A DNA stretch of 64,000 nt, from positions 1,696,001 through 1,760,000 of the forward strand of contig CBDCTK010000002.1 in the NCBI GenBank assembly GCA_965222225.1, in the 5' to 3' direction. How positions within the stretch are numbered: position 1 is the stretch's first letter; each line of letters opens with the position of its first letter. The notes under the pieces were generated by a model. The model was given only the letters and a program-made list of their open reading frames with translations, ran no database searches and was not told where the DNA came from. Of this stretch, positions 40,093 through 49,895 are shown piece after piece. The stretch comes from Candidatus Poribacteria bacterium. GTDB taxonomy: Bacteria; Poribacteria; WGA-4E; JAJDTR01. A program made the translations under genes and the position numbers.

Positions 40093-41700
40093 ATGAACCC
40101 GTCCAACGAAACAACGGGGTACAAAGAAATTATCCAACGTGCCCCCAAGGAGTATTGTCGGCTAGTTGCCAAGAGAATCGGATTGCCTAGCCAGTTATCT
40201 GTCCAAAGCCTCCGAGAAAAAATTCCCGAACGAGTGCTAAACACCGTTTGGCTGAAAGATGCCATCGCTCGCCTCAATCCTCACGAACGCTCTGTCCTAA
40301 TCACACTCACATTCCTGGCTGGTTCAAATGGAGTGCCTGTCAATCTCTTTAACCGAAAACTCAAACACCTTTGCCGCGGTTGGCCCTGCGCTCCCGAACA
40401 GGTGCGACAGGTCTTACACGAATCAGGTTTGTTTTTTTTGGTATCAACAGGCCATCTCCGATATGTTTACATGATTCCAGAAGACCTTCAATTGCTATTG
40501 TTACGGGTCTTTTCAGACGAAATAAATGCTGCACTCATTTCTCCGGATGCAGCGCCCAAAACTATTCGCAGCGATGGATTCGCACTCATTCAGGACATAT
40601 TTACATTCCTATCAACTGCTGCGCGGGACGGTATTCGACTTACACAACGATTCACTGTTCACAAACACGCTCAGAAACGGCTTCTCAACGCTTTTGAAAT
40701 CACCGAAGATACGACAAAAATTTACGAACGGATTAACCCGCCCGACGGAACTACAGATCGTCTGCATTTTATCCACCACTTCTGCCAGCACCATCAACTC
40801 GTTGACTTGGACGAATCCAACAACCTGCACTGCTCGTCACTTGGGCATGAATGGATCCAGAAATCTAACGCCGAAAAACTTTCAACTATCTATGACTACT
40901 GGCTTGAATATGATGTGTTTCCCAGTCGTCCGCTCACAATAGCCCTCTCCTTTTTACGGATTCTCGCCGAAAACCGGTGGGTCAAACTTTCATCTATTCT
41001 AGAGCAGGTACAACGGTTTTCTGTGGCGGAGTCTTGGGAACAGACGCTTTACTCACACCTTGAACGCGGATTTACCAATTATCTGACTTACATGGGGTGT
41101 GTGAACTTTGCCACCTCGGGGGATGATACGGCCATCCAGATTACGGAGATTGGAAAGCAGCTTTTATCGGGAGAATCAATTGAGGATTATGAACGGGAAT
41201 CCTCCTTTGTTGTCCAGCCTAACTACGAGATTCTGGCGTCAAGTAACCTCACTCCCGAAATTCGCTGGAAACTCAATCTCATCGCAGAAATTTATCAAGC
41301 TAGTCAGGTTATCACTTACAAACTCTCACCTCAATCAATCTACAATAGCCTGCGCTCAGGTATGTTAGTGAACGAAATTCTCGAATTTTTGGAGACCTAC
41401 TCCAAGACAAATATTCCGCAAAACATCAAACTTTCGATTCAGGAGTGGGGAGCGCGATACGGACAGGTCTATTTTATGGACGTGATGCTACTTCGCTGCC
41501 AGAATGAACGTCTTGCTCAAGAACTAAAATCTAGCAAGCCGATTGCGAAACACATCCTTGGTGAAATCTCTCCGACTGACCTTGTCATCTCAAGAGAAAA
41601 AATTGAGGAATTAAAGCGGCTGCTTGAGAAGCAAAACTTTATGCCGCTGGCGGAGATTGTTACTCTTGAGGACCAACCTGTCTCCTCGCTCAAAACCTGA
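40093..41700 (+). CDS. Helicase-associated (XPB/Ssl2 N-terminal, Helicase_C_3-like) domain protein
   Basis: VVQPNYEI...YKLS..SI.....G....IL.FL..YS...IPQNI...I.EW...YG. Confidence 0.75.
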   Translation: MNPSNETTGYKEIIQRAPKEYCRLVAKRIGLPSQLSVQSLREKIPERVLNTVWLKDAIARLNPHERSVLITLTFLAGSNGVPVNLFNRKLKHLCRGWPCAPEQVRQVLHESGLFFLVSTGHLRYVYMIPEDLQLLLLRVFSDEINAALISPDAAPKTIRSDGFALIQDIFTFLSTAARDGIRLTQRFTVHKHAQKRLLNAFEITEDTTKIYERINPPDGTTDRLHFIHHFCQHHQLVDLDESNNLHCSSLGHEWIQKSNAEKLSTIYDYWLEYDVFPSRPLTIALSFLRILAENRWVKLSSILEQVQRFSVAESWEQTLYSHLERGFTNYLTYMGCVNFATSGDDTAIQITEIGKQLLSGESIEDYERESSFVVQPNYEILASSNLTPEIRWKLNLIAEIYQASQVITYKLSPQSIYNSLRSGMLVNEILEFLETYSKTNIPQNIKLSIQEWGARYGQVYFMDVMLLRCQNERLAQELKSSKPIAKHILGEISPTDLVISREKIEELKRLLEKQNFMPLAEIVTLEDQPVSSLKT

Positions 41701-42149
41701 GCCTCGTACTTCAAGACGGCTGTTTGCTTTAAACTGTTTCAAAATATAGTAGATCATGGTTGCGTTTCCAGGTCTTAGCATTTCTTCCAAAGTTTGTGCC
41801 AGTGGGAGAAAAACGGGTGTGAATAATCCGTGTGAAGTTGGAGTAAAAATAGGCAAAACCATCGGTTAAAGGAGGCAGACGATTTCCAGATACCTGTCAA
41901 AAAGATTAAAATCAGATTCAATTTGCTATCCTTCTGTTATCAGAAAGCCTAGACCCTAAATCTATCTATAGTAACATACTCTCTCTTTATCAAACGAATC
42001 CAAACTTCGCGAGCACTGTCGAACGAATTGTATGGTGGGCACTGCCCACCATCTCTCGATTACTTGCGATCAGCACAGATGCTACGAATCACCTTACGTA
42101 TTGATTTTGAATGCATATTCATCCTAAAGCACCTCATAAGCTGTACGCT

Positions 42150-45100
42150 ATGTTTAGTTCTATCCTGCGTGTCTATTGTTGCCTTCTTTTCGCCGCTATG
42201 CTCATCCTTGCATCCCAGGCGCAGGCTAACAACATCGGCACATTGTCGTCTGATTCCCCCGAGATAACTGTTCCGACGATCTCGGAATCTCTAGACGTAG
42301 AGTCCTTTATTACCTCTGAACAGCGATTTAACTTCAATAATATCTACACGATCAATCTAGAACTGTCGCTCGTTGGAAGCGTAGAGGTGAACGCAGTCGA
42401 TGGTGACGAAATCATCGTCAGACTTGAGAAACATGGACGTGGGGCAGACGAGGACAGCGTGAGGAAATATTTTGGAGGCGTAGAAATGTCGGCCTCAAAG
42501 ACGGATAATGTGCTCACGCTTGCGCCGAGACTACCTGCGGCTTCCGACTCAAAAGCGGAGCTGACGCGATTAGACTGCTTTGTCGAAACACCGCCAGATG
42601 TCTCCCTCAAAATTCGAACACAGAACGGAGATATTCGGGTCAACCGAATTCGTGGAGATATTGAACTAAAAGCAGCAATCGGAGAGATTCACCTCAATGA
42701 AACGATGGGTGGATATCAAGTTTATTCCGGTGAAGGAGACATTCACTGTAAAATATTTCTGACCAATCGAATAAACCAGTTTGAAACCGCGTTAGGAGAA
42801 ATCAATCTTGTCGTATTGGACGAGATCGCCGCGCAAACCAATCTGACCGCGATGAGCGGCGGGATTACGCTACGACTACCCAACTCGTTTCAAGCAGAAG
42901 TAGAAATCCAAACCAAGAACCAAGATCCGCGTGCAGTGTCCATAGATATGCCCGTTGAAGTCGAGAGTTCATTCCAAGGGGACTCACTGTACGGTTGGAT
43001 TAATGGAGGTGGTCCCCTTTTCCAGTTGAAGGCAGACGACAAAGTCGAAATTCTCCCCCTTGAAGCTACATCTGCCGACGCTGAAACCTCGATTGAGTCT
43101 GCAAATTCTCAGAGCGAAGTAGACAGCGCACAACCGGTGCCGAAAGCGCTGCAATCGCCAGTAATTGATGGCAATCTGTTTGAAAAAGCTTGGTCAAAGG
43201 CGGTGGGGTTGTACCCTTTTTATAATGCAGATGGGGCAGCAGAACCTGACGAGCCTACACAGGCATTCCTTATGTGGGATGAACAGCACCTGTACATCGG
43301 AATCAAGGTTTATAGTGATGAAATGGGACAACTCCATATCTCACAGACGGAGATAGATTCGGCAGTGTGGCAGGACGATTCGATAGAGATTTTGGTCGAT
43401 CCTAATCCGGAAACCAAGTTGTACTATCACCTAATCGTCAATCCAATCGGCACTATATTTAGCCAGATGGTCCGGGCGGACTATCCGCCGAATTATCGGT
43501 TCGCACCGACGGTTACTAAACACGTTGATAATCGTAAACGCAAATCAGAAGCACAGATTGCGCGAACTTCACAAGCTAAGCCGAACCAAAATCGGAAAGG
43601 CGGTACTTCTAATCCGGATGCTGCGCAAGTCGAGATTGAAACCCAAATCACATCTCGGTACTGGAGCATTGAAATTGCTTTAATGCGCGATTTCTTGGAA
43701 CCCGAATTAACGGATAATTGGCGATTAAACCTGCACCGCAAGGCTCAGAAAAACCGCGAATTCAGTTATTGGATTCCGACCTATGACACAGAGACGCCGT
43801 GGTGGCCTCATTACAGGGATCGGATGGGGCGGCTTCAATTTACCGCGGTCAGTGAAGAATCAGCGCTGATTGGAATCGAGGAACAACTAGAGATAGGTGA
43901 AATCGAGATTAAAGGCAACAGCGAAATTCCGACACTAGAAATCGTTCAGCAAATCCCGTTTCAAATTGGGGAAGTTATCACTTCTAGCCAATTGTCGTGG
44001 CTCGTTGGTGAACTTGAGGAACACCCATGGCTTCGGAAGGCACGATTAGACACCGTACCGCTTGGCGCGCACAACGGTGAGTCGGACGTAAATCCTCCCA
44101 AGACGGATGCTGACGCTTCGACGGAACTGACCCAGCCTGAGCCTAAAGTTGATGCAATGACGAACGGGCATAATATAGTGCCCCCACTTCGGCTTGCCCT
44201 GCGCATTCATATCACAGAATATCCATCGCACTCACATGAAAAATTCGACATCAAGGGAAACGAGCATTTCAAATCAGAAATGCTGCATAAGTGGTTCGGA
44301 TTAAACCGTGGGCGCACCCCCATTGAGGACCTAAACACGAAATCTCAACTTATTACGAAACTTTACAGGAATCACGGTTACGAACTTGCAAGAACAGAAG
44401 AGAAGTTTTCCCCACGCAGACTGGAACTTATCATTGACGAGGGGCGCTTGGACGAAGTCCGTTTTACCGGAAACAAACGGATTAAGTACCACGAATTGAC
44501 CCAAATGTTAAGATTGCAAGCGGGTGATATCTATGATGTATTGAAAACCCAGACGCAAATTCGCCTCATGCGTGAAAAACTCGTGAAACACAATGCAATC
44601 TTCAAGGACGTTCGGGATTGGCAGGCGCGGCTAGAAAAAGGAAAAAATGTGTTAATCATTAATGTGGAAGAACATTTGCCCATTCGATATTATGCCGTGC
44701 CGCGTGTAGGCTTCAATCGTGTGCACGGATTATTCTTGGAGGGTAGTGGCGAAGTTTCCACAGAGACATATGTTAAGGGACGAATCTTCGGCAGTGCAAG
44801 CATCGGGCTTTCCAGTTCAATCAAGAATTATCAACTCGGTGCAGAAAAACCGTGGTTTGATACCCGTGAATTGCGCATCGGGGGAACTTGGTACAAACTG
44901 ACCGGCGTTGTTCATAACGCATCAACATACTTAGGTGAAGGATCCTTATCATCAATTATCTTAGGGGAATCGTTTCTTGACTTCTATCAACGCCAAGGTT
45001 ATCAAACGTGGTTGACCCAGAAATTGACGACTTCCACAGAGATTGTACTCAGTTTTACCGATGAACTGCACGAAAATCTCCTGACATCAACAGACTGGAG

Positions 45101-45797
45101 CCTGTTTTCGCGAGATCATCCAAAGCGGGGCAATGCCCGCATTGTCGAGGGAACAGCGCGTAGCTTGAAGTTCTCCTATTATTTCGATAGCAGAGATTAC
45201 AAGTTCTACATCAAGCGACCTTTTAGGTTAATTCCTTGGCCCAGTGAGCACACGACACAGGGATGGCGAAGTTCCTTTTCTGTCGAGTATTCAAGCCACC
45301 GATTCAATAGTGACTTCGATTTTACCTTGTACCGATTTGAGGTGGCAAGATACAACCGTTTGCCTAATGGTCATAACCTTGATTTTCGAGTTATGGGCGG
45401 ACTGTCAGACTCCCCGTTACCTAGACAACGGTTGCTTTATGCGGATCGCACTCACATATTGCGTGGTTTTGGCTTCAATAGATTCATTGGCGATAACATG
45501 CTCGCCTTGAATGTTGAATACAGAGTTGTCCAGAAACTCAAGAAACTTGAGCACATCGGCAAGGGCGAAGCAGTAAACGGAGCAGTTTCAATATTCCTTG
45601 ATGCTGGCGACGCCTGGTTCGATCACGAACGATTTAGCCTCTCGCGTGCAAATGCCTCAATCGGAATGGGTTTTTCTCTTTTCACAAATGCGATACCGTA
45701 TGAGGGTGTTCCTGACACCTTACGCTTCGAGATTGTCCGCGCGTTAGAGAGACGGCACGTTACCAATTTCGTCTTGCGGCTCGGGCGGAATTTCTAA
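42150..45797 (+). CDS. Omp85/BamA-superfamily protein with DUF4097-like and CBM9-like N-terminal domains and POTRA repeats
   Basis: Signal peptide ending AQA; NGDI/GEI beta repeats ending INGGGP; PVIDG..E..W, WD...LYIG, DDSIEILVDP; IEIKGN/IKGN/FTGN POTRAs; LRGF...N.EYR, FLD.G, terminal F. Confidence 0.75.
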   Translation: MFSSILRVYCCLLFAAMLILASQAQANNIGTLSSDSPEITVPTISESLDVESFITSEQRFNFNNIYTINLELSLVGSVEVNAVDGDEIIVRLEKHGRGADEDSVRKYFGGVEMSASKTDNVLTLAPRLPAASDSKAELTRLDCFVETPPDVSLKIRTQNGDIRVNRIRGDIELKAAIGEIHLNETMGGYQVYSGEGDIHCKIFLTNRINQFETALGEINLVVLDEIAAQTNLTAMSGGITLRLPNSFQAEVEIQTKNQDPRAVSIDMPVEVESSFQGDSLYGWINGGGPLFQLKADDKVEILPLEATSADAETSIESANSQSEVDSAQPVPKALQSPVIDGNLFEKAWSKAVGLYPFYNADGAAEPDEPTQAFLMWDEQHLYIGIKVYSDEMGQLHISQTEIDSAVWQDDSIEILVDPNPETKLYYHLIVNPIGTIFSQMVRADYPPNYRFAPTVTKHVDNRKRKSEAQIARTSQAKPNQNRKGGTSNPDAAQVEIETQITSRYWSIEIALMRDFLEPELTDNWRLNLHRKAQKNREFSYWIPTYDTETPWWPHYRDRMGRLQFTAVSEESALIGIEEQLEIGEIEIKGNSEIPTLEIVQQIPFQIGEVITSSQLSWLVGELEEHPWLRKARLDTVPLGAHNGESDVNPPKTDADASTELTQPEPKVDAMTNGHNIVPPLRLALRIHITEYPSHSHEKFDIKGNEHFKSEMLHKWFGLNRGRTPIEDLNTKSQLITKLYRNHGYELARTEEKFSPRRLELIIDEGRLDEVRFTGNKRIKYHELTQMLRLQAGDIYDVLKTQTQIRLMREKLVKHNAIFKDVRDWQARLEKGKNVLIINVEEHLPIRYYAVPRVGFNRVHGLFLEGSGEVSTETYVKGRIFGSASIGLSSSIKNYQLGAEKPWFDTRELRIGGTWYKLTGVVHNASTYLGEGSLSSIILGESFLDFYQRQGYQTWLTQKLTTSTEIVLSFTDELHENLLTSTDWSLFSRDHPKRGNARIVEGTARSLKFSYYFDSRDYKFYIKRPFRLIPWPSEHTTQGWRSSFSVEYSSHRFNSDFDFTLYRFEVARYNRLPNGHNLDFRVMGGLSDSPLPRQRLLYADRTHILRGFGFNRFIGDNMLALNVEYRVVQKLKKLEHIGKGEAVNGAVSIFLDAGDAWFDHERFSLSRANASIGMGFSLFTNAIPYEGVPDTLRFEIVRALERRHVTNFVLRLGRNF

Positions 45798-46063
45798 GTA
45801 ACCTTAGGACTGATTCCATCTCATGAACTCACCGACAATAAGGGCGTATCTGCGAGATTCCAAAGCCCCACCCATCATATTTGTCAACACCCAACGACAG
45901 CCCAACCGTTACATTACCATTACAGTAGTGCCCATTTCAATCCGACGACTGTTTTTCGATACAAACTCTCGCATTGCATATAGTCGTGAGTGCCAAACCC
46001 GGCTCGGTACGGTGAAGGTAGGATGTATTCTTCTGCCATTGAATAGCTAGATTTCAGATACTT

Positions 46064-46092
46064 TTGACTTCCTACTTGCCGTGCGCTATAAT
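46064..46092 (+). promoter_or_regulatory. Sigma70-type promoter
   Basis: TTGACT-17 bp-TATAAT, 70 bp upstream of 46163. Confidence 0.6.
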
Positions 46093-46162
46093 TAACATTT
46101 GTAGAGTAATCAAGCAATATGTAGATTTCGAAACCGCGATAACTCCCTTTTCAGTCTAGCAG

Positions 46163-47254
46163 ATGAAACGAACACCTCTCTATAAGATGCATACTGCCCT
46201 TGGAGCGACATTTACTACAAGCCATGGCGATTGGGATCTTGTCGCCCATTTTGATAACCCCATTGAAGAACACCACGCCGTGAGAACCGGGGTTGGAATC
46301 ATAGATCTTTCCCATCGCGGCAGATTTTGGTTGACGGGCGAAGATCGTGCTACGTTCCTGCATCGAATTAATTCCAATGAAGTCGAAGGGCTAAAGGTCG
46401 GCGAGGGGAATTGCGCAACTATGCTGACCAATCGCGGGAAAATCATCTCAGATATGAAGGTGTGTGCGTTCGAGGACGGCATTGGTATTACCACCAACGC
46501 CGAGACAACTGAAATCCTATTCAAAGAATTGGACAAATATATCATCGCGGACGATGTAAACCTCGAAGATTGCACGGACAGGACAGGAGTAATCGCCTTA
46601 CATGGTCCCCAGTCAATACACCTCGTTCAAACTAGCCTGGGAATTGACGTTACCGGACTTAAGGAATACCACTCTATCTGTCAAGAGGTGGAGGGGAGAT
46701 TGATCGCTTGCCTCCGGTCGGACGAAACCGGTGAGATTGGTTATGAACTCTACGTCACGGCTGAGTCGATGGGATGGCTTTGGGATACTCTTCTGGCAAA
46801 AGGACGAGAAATTGATGCAAAACTGATCGGATTGACGGCGCTTAACTCTCTTCGCATAGAGGCTGGAATTCCCCGGTATGGCACTGAATTAACCGACTCG
46901 GTCATCCCACTTGAAGCTGAGTTAGAACACGCTATTGATTTTGAGAAAGGTTGCTATATTGGTCAGGAGATTGTCGCACGTATGAAATTCCGCGGACACC
47001 CGAATCGACTTCTCCGAGGATTTGAAATTGAATGCGATACGCCGCCCGTACAAAATGACGTAATCTTCGGTAACGACAAGGAAATCGGTTGGATTACCAG
47101 TGCGGTCACCTCGCCATCGCTAGGCAAAACAATTGCTCTCGGCTATGTGCGGATGGCTTATACCGATGCTGGCAGTAAAGTCAAGATTATAACAGGAGAC
47201 GGGCCCGTCAACGCAATGGTAACAGTGCTTCCGTTCTACAAGGGCGGGATGTGA
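46163..47254 (+). CDS. Folate-binding GcvT/YgfZ-family protein
   Basis: KRTPLY, DLSHRG, LRIEAG, KGCYIGQE (YgfZ signature), IALGYV. Confidence 0.85.
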   Translation: MKRTPLYKMHTALGATFTTSHGDWDLVAHFDNPIEEHHAVRTGVGIIDLSHRGRFWLTGEDRATFLHRINSNEVEGLKVGEGNCATMLTNRGKIISDMKVCAFEDGIGITTNAETTEILFKELDKYIIADDVNLEDCTDRTGVIALHGPQSIHLVQTSLGIDVTGLKEYHSICQEVEGRLIACLRSDETGEIGYELYVTAESMGWLWDTLLAKGREIDAKLIGLTALNSLRIEAGIPRYGTELTDSVIPLEAELEHAIDFEKGCYIGQEIVARMKFRGHPNRLLRGFEIECDTPPVQNDVIFGNDKEIGWITSAVTSPSLGKTIALGYVRMAYTDAGSKVKIITGDGPVNAMVTVLPFYKGGM

Positions 47255-47331
47255 CCATTTGGAGTGTCGTTGTGAGTATTGATGCTGCCTCAATAGCCAT
47301 TGTAGGATTGAGCGATGACTCGGAGGCCCAA

Positions 47332-47838
47332 ATGATTATGAACTATACCTGTTTCGAGTCTTCATTCGGCTGGGCGGGTGTTGCCAAATCCTCGCGCGGT
47401 ATCTCGCGAGTGGTTTTTGGCAAATCGAATGAGGCAGAAGTGGAAAATTGCCTGCTCCTCGGCATACGAGTGACGAAGTCTGAAGACGGCTTATCCGAAG
47501 CGGTTAATCTGCTCCGGCACTATTTCAGTGGCGAACCTGTTGAGTTTGACCTAGATCTTGATCTTCAGGCTGGAACGGAATTTCAGCAGAAGGTCTGGAA
47601 AGCCACCTACCATATCCCGTATGGTGAAGTTCGGAGTTACAGCTCAATAGCCAGCGAAATTGGGAAACCACTTGCTACGCGTGCGGTCGGTAGAGCAGAA
47701 GGCGCCAATCCCTTGCCGATTATAATTCCATGTCACCGTGTTCTCCGCAGTGATGGCAAACTCGGTGGTTATTCGGCTGGATTGCACTGGAAACCGAAAT
47801 TACTTGACCAAGAGCGCACAAACAGCCGAAGAAAATAA
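47332..47838 (+). CDS. ogt: Methylated-DNA--protein-cysteine methyltransferase
   Basis: GTEFQQKVW, IPYG..RSY, RAVG, IIPCHRV; GGAGG RBS. Confidence 0.9.
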   Translation: MIMNYTCFESSFGWAGVAKSSRGISRVVFGKSNEAEVENCLLLGIRVTKSEDGLSEAVNLLRHYFSGEPVEFDLDLDLQAGTEFQQKVWKATYHIPYGEVRSYSSIASEIGKPLATRAVGRAEGANPLPIIIPCHRVLRSDGKLGGYSAGLHWKPKLLDQERTNSRRK

Positions 47839-47929
47839 TTGCAAGCTACCGGGAATGAACGAAGCGTACTGAGGAGTATTTAGACGCTTAAATCATGCGC
47901 GCGATTAGCACGAAAAGGGTACCACCGCA

Positions 47930-48400
47930 ATGAGAACGAGAGAGAAAACACAAACTCATCCCAAATTCGTTGAACAGTTTCGACAATACCTCAAGAGCGG
48001 TGGTTTACGGCTTACATCGGAGCGGCTCGTTATTCTCGAACAGGTCTTTTCCTACGAAGGGCACTTTCAAGCGGAGGATTTGTTGGTTCACATTCGAGAG
48101 AAAGGGCACTCCGCTTCCAGAGCGACAATCTACCGTACTTTGCCCCATCTTGTCAAGAGCGGTCTCCTCACGGAGATTATTGATGCCCAGAAGAATTCAT
48201 ACTACGAACACGTCCATGCACTCCAAGAACAGCAGCACGCGCACCTTATCTGTCTTCGGTGCAACAATATTATTGAGTTCACGAATCCTGAAATTGATAA
48301 GCTGCAGAAAACCATTTGTGACCTTCACCAATTCAAGCCTATTAAGTTTCGAAATGAAATTCTCGGCTACTGTGGGGAATGTCAAGCCGAGGGTAAGTGA
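47930..48400 (+). CDS. Fur-family metalloregulator
   Basis: GLRLT..R, SRATIYRTL, HAHLICLRC, C-terminal CGEC. Confidence 0.9.
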   Translation: MRTREKTQTHPKFVEQFRQYLKSGGLRLTSERLVILEQVFSYEGHFQAEDLLVHIREKGHSASRATIYRTLPHLVKSGLLTEIIDAQKNSYYEHVHALQEQQHAHLICLRCNNIIEFTNPEIDKLQKTICDLHQFKPIKFRNEILGYCGECQAEGK

Positions 48401-48506
48401 TAGCTACAGCCGAGTAAGCGTGCAGGATTGCCTGTCAACTTCAGGCATGCGAATGTTAACCTTCGTCAACCCACGCCCAGAGAACGATTCGTCCTTCCGG
48501 CTGAAA

Positions 48507-49658
48507 TTAGGGACGATAAGCAGCTTCAAGCGCGAGTATCGCATACGAGGTTACAAGGACCGGAAAACTCTCCATCCACCGGCTTGACTCATTCACCCAA
48601 AATCCCTCTGAGTTCTGTTCAGAAAGAAGCTTCTCACCAAGTTCCCTGTACCAGTCATGAGACATACCTTTGCCATCCACAATGACAGGTTCGCCGTAAG
48701 CACTTAACGCCTTTGCCATAGTATTGTAATTGTAGTAAAGCCCTTCTTGCCCCATCCCGTAATTCTCTTCGACGGTAAAGTGCTTCTTTATCCAATCGAC
48801 TGCAGCTTGTATTCGTGAATCGTCCTTATCAACATTAGCATAGATGAAGCTCAAGAGGCCCGCGTACGTCATGCTCGCATAAGACCTTGGTTTGTCGCTT
48901 TCATCCCTGCCCGCTTTACTTTCGCCATCCGGAGCGTAGATGAAACCTCCGTCATTACCAGCCCAACTCTCGCTGTTGGTTTCACTACTATTTTGGCATC
49001 TTTGTAAAAATTTAATGGCTTTGTCCCATACTTGCTGATCGTCAGATCCGCTTTCTTTCAGCGCTTGGACTGCAAAATTCAGATTTGAGAGATCGTGAAC
49101 AGTTTCGCGACTACCATAGCCAATTCCACCATAGTAAACGTCCTCCGAATCTTGGACTTGCAGACTTTTGATGAAATTTTGTGCTTTTGCAATTGCCAGC
49201 CTGTAATCAGGATTGCCCGTGGATGACAGTGCCATCAGTGAAACCGACGTGTTGTAGTTTGGCAGGGCTGGCTGCTGCTCCGCGTTATAGATTGCCCCGT
49301 TTGGTTGTTGAAACTCCAGCAAGGCTTGGAGCGCCTTCTGAACAAATGGGTGGTTGGCTTCCGCATACCGATTCTCCGGGTGTCTTAAAAACGCGGTAAT
49401 TGCCAACCCGGTCATTCCAGTGTGTTGATTAAAGAGGCCATCATTTCCTTGTTTGGATTTCAACCATTCAAGTCCGCGATCGATTGCCTTTAATACATCC
49501 TGATTCAAGCCTTCATAGGAAACATCGGTATCCGACAGTGTCTGATTACTTGATGACTGTGCCTCGCTGTGAGAGAGAGCATATAGATTTAAAACTAGCG
49601 CGAGAAAAACAAATGCCAGAGTTTCACACGCGCGGGTAAGCCAAATTCTTCTTATCAT
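48507..49658 (-). CDS. Secreted prenyltransferase/squalene-oxidase-repeat protein
   Basis: Signal peptide; QW-like repeats (WL...Q..DG, Q.PNG, Q..EG.W), DLSN, DGGFIY. Confidence 0.75.
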   Translation of the reverse strand: MIRRIWLTRACETLAFVFLALVLNLYALSHSEAQSSSNQTLSDTDVSYEGLNQDVLKAIDRGLEWLKSKQGNDGLFNQHTGMTGLAITAFLRHPENRYAEANHPFVQKALQALLEFQQPNGAIYNAEQQPALPNYNTSVSLMALSSTGNPDYRLAIAKAQNFIKSLQVQDSEDVYYGGIGYGSRETVHDLSNLNFAVQALKESGSDDQQVWDKAIKFLQRCQNSSETNSESWAGNDGGFIYAPDGESKAGRDESDKPRSYASMTYAGLLSFIYANVDKDDSRIQAAVDWIKKHFTVEENYGMGQEGLYYNYNTMAKALSAYGEPVIVDGKGMSHDWYRELGEKLLSEQNSEGFWVNESSRWMESFPVLVTSYAILALEAAYRP

Positions 49659-49895
49659 TGTTTGCGAACCTCCCAAGTTTTGGAGCGTAGTTGATTAAGT
49701 TGGTGCGACATAGCTTAGAAATTATGCCTCAGATATACAGTTTTGTAATTAGCAAATTCCGTGCCAGCAGCGGAAGTACCGTATCCATTCGTCGAAGGCA
49801 CGGCATCATCACGAATCTTGACCAACTAATGTACATCGCTGTTCATAAGCTGAACAAAAAACTTCAATTCCAACATTGTATGGGTTTCGATGTTC

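Noticed and set aside
46163-47254. Glycine cleavage T protein (gcvT)
   Set aside because: KGCY.GQE signature points to the YgfZ-like branch, and no gcvH/gcvP is adjacent
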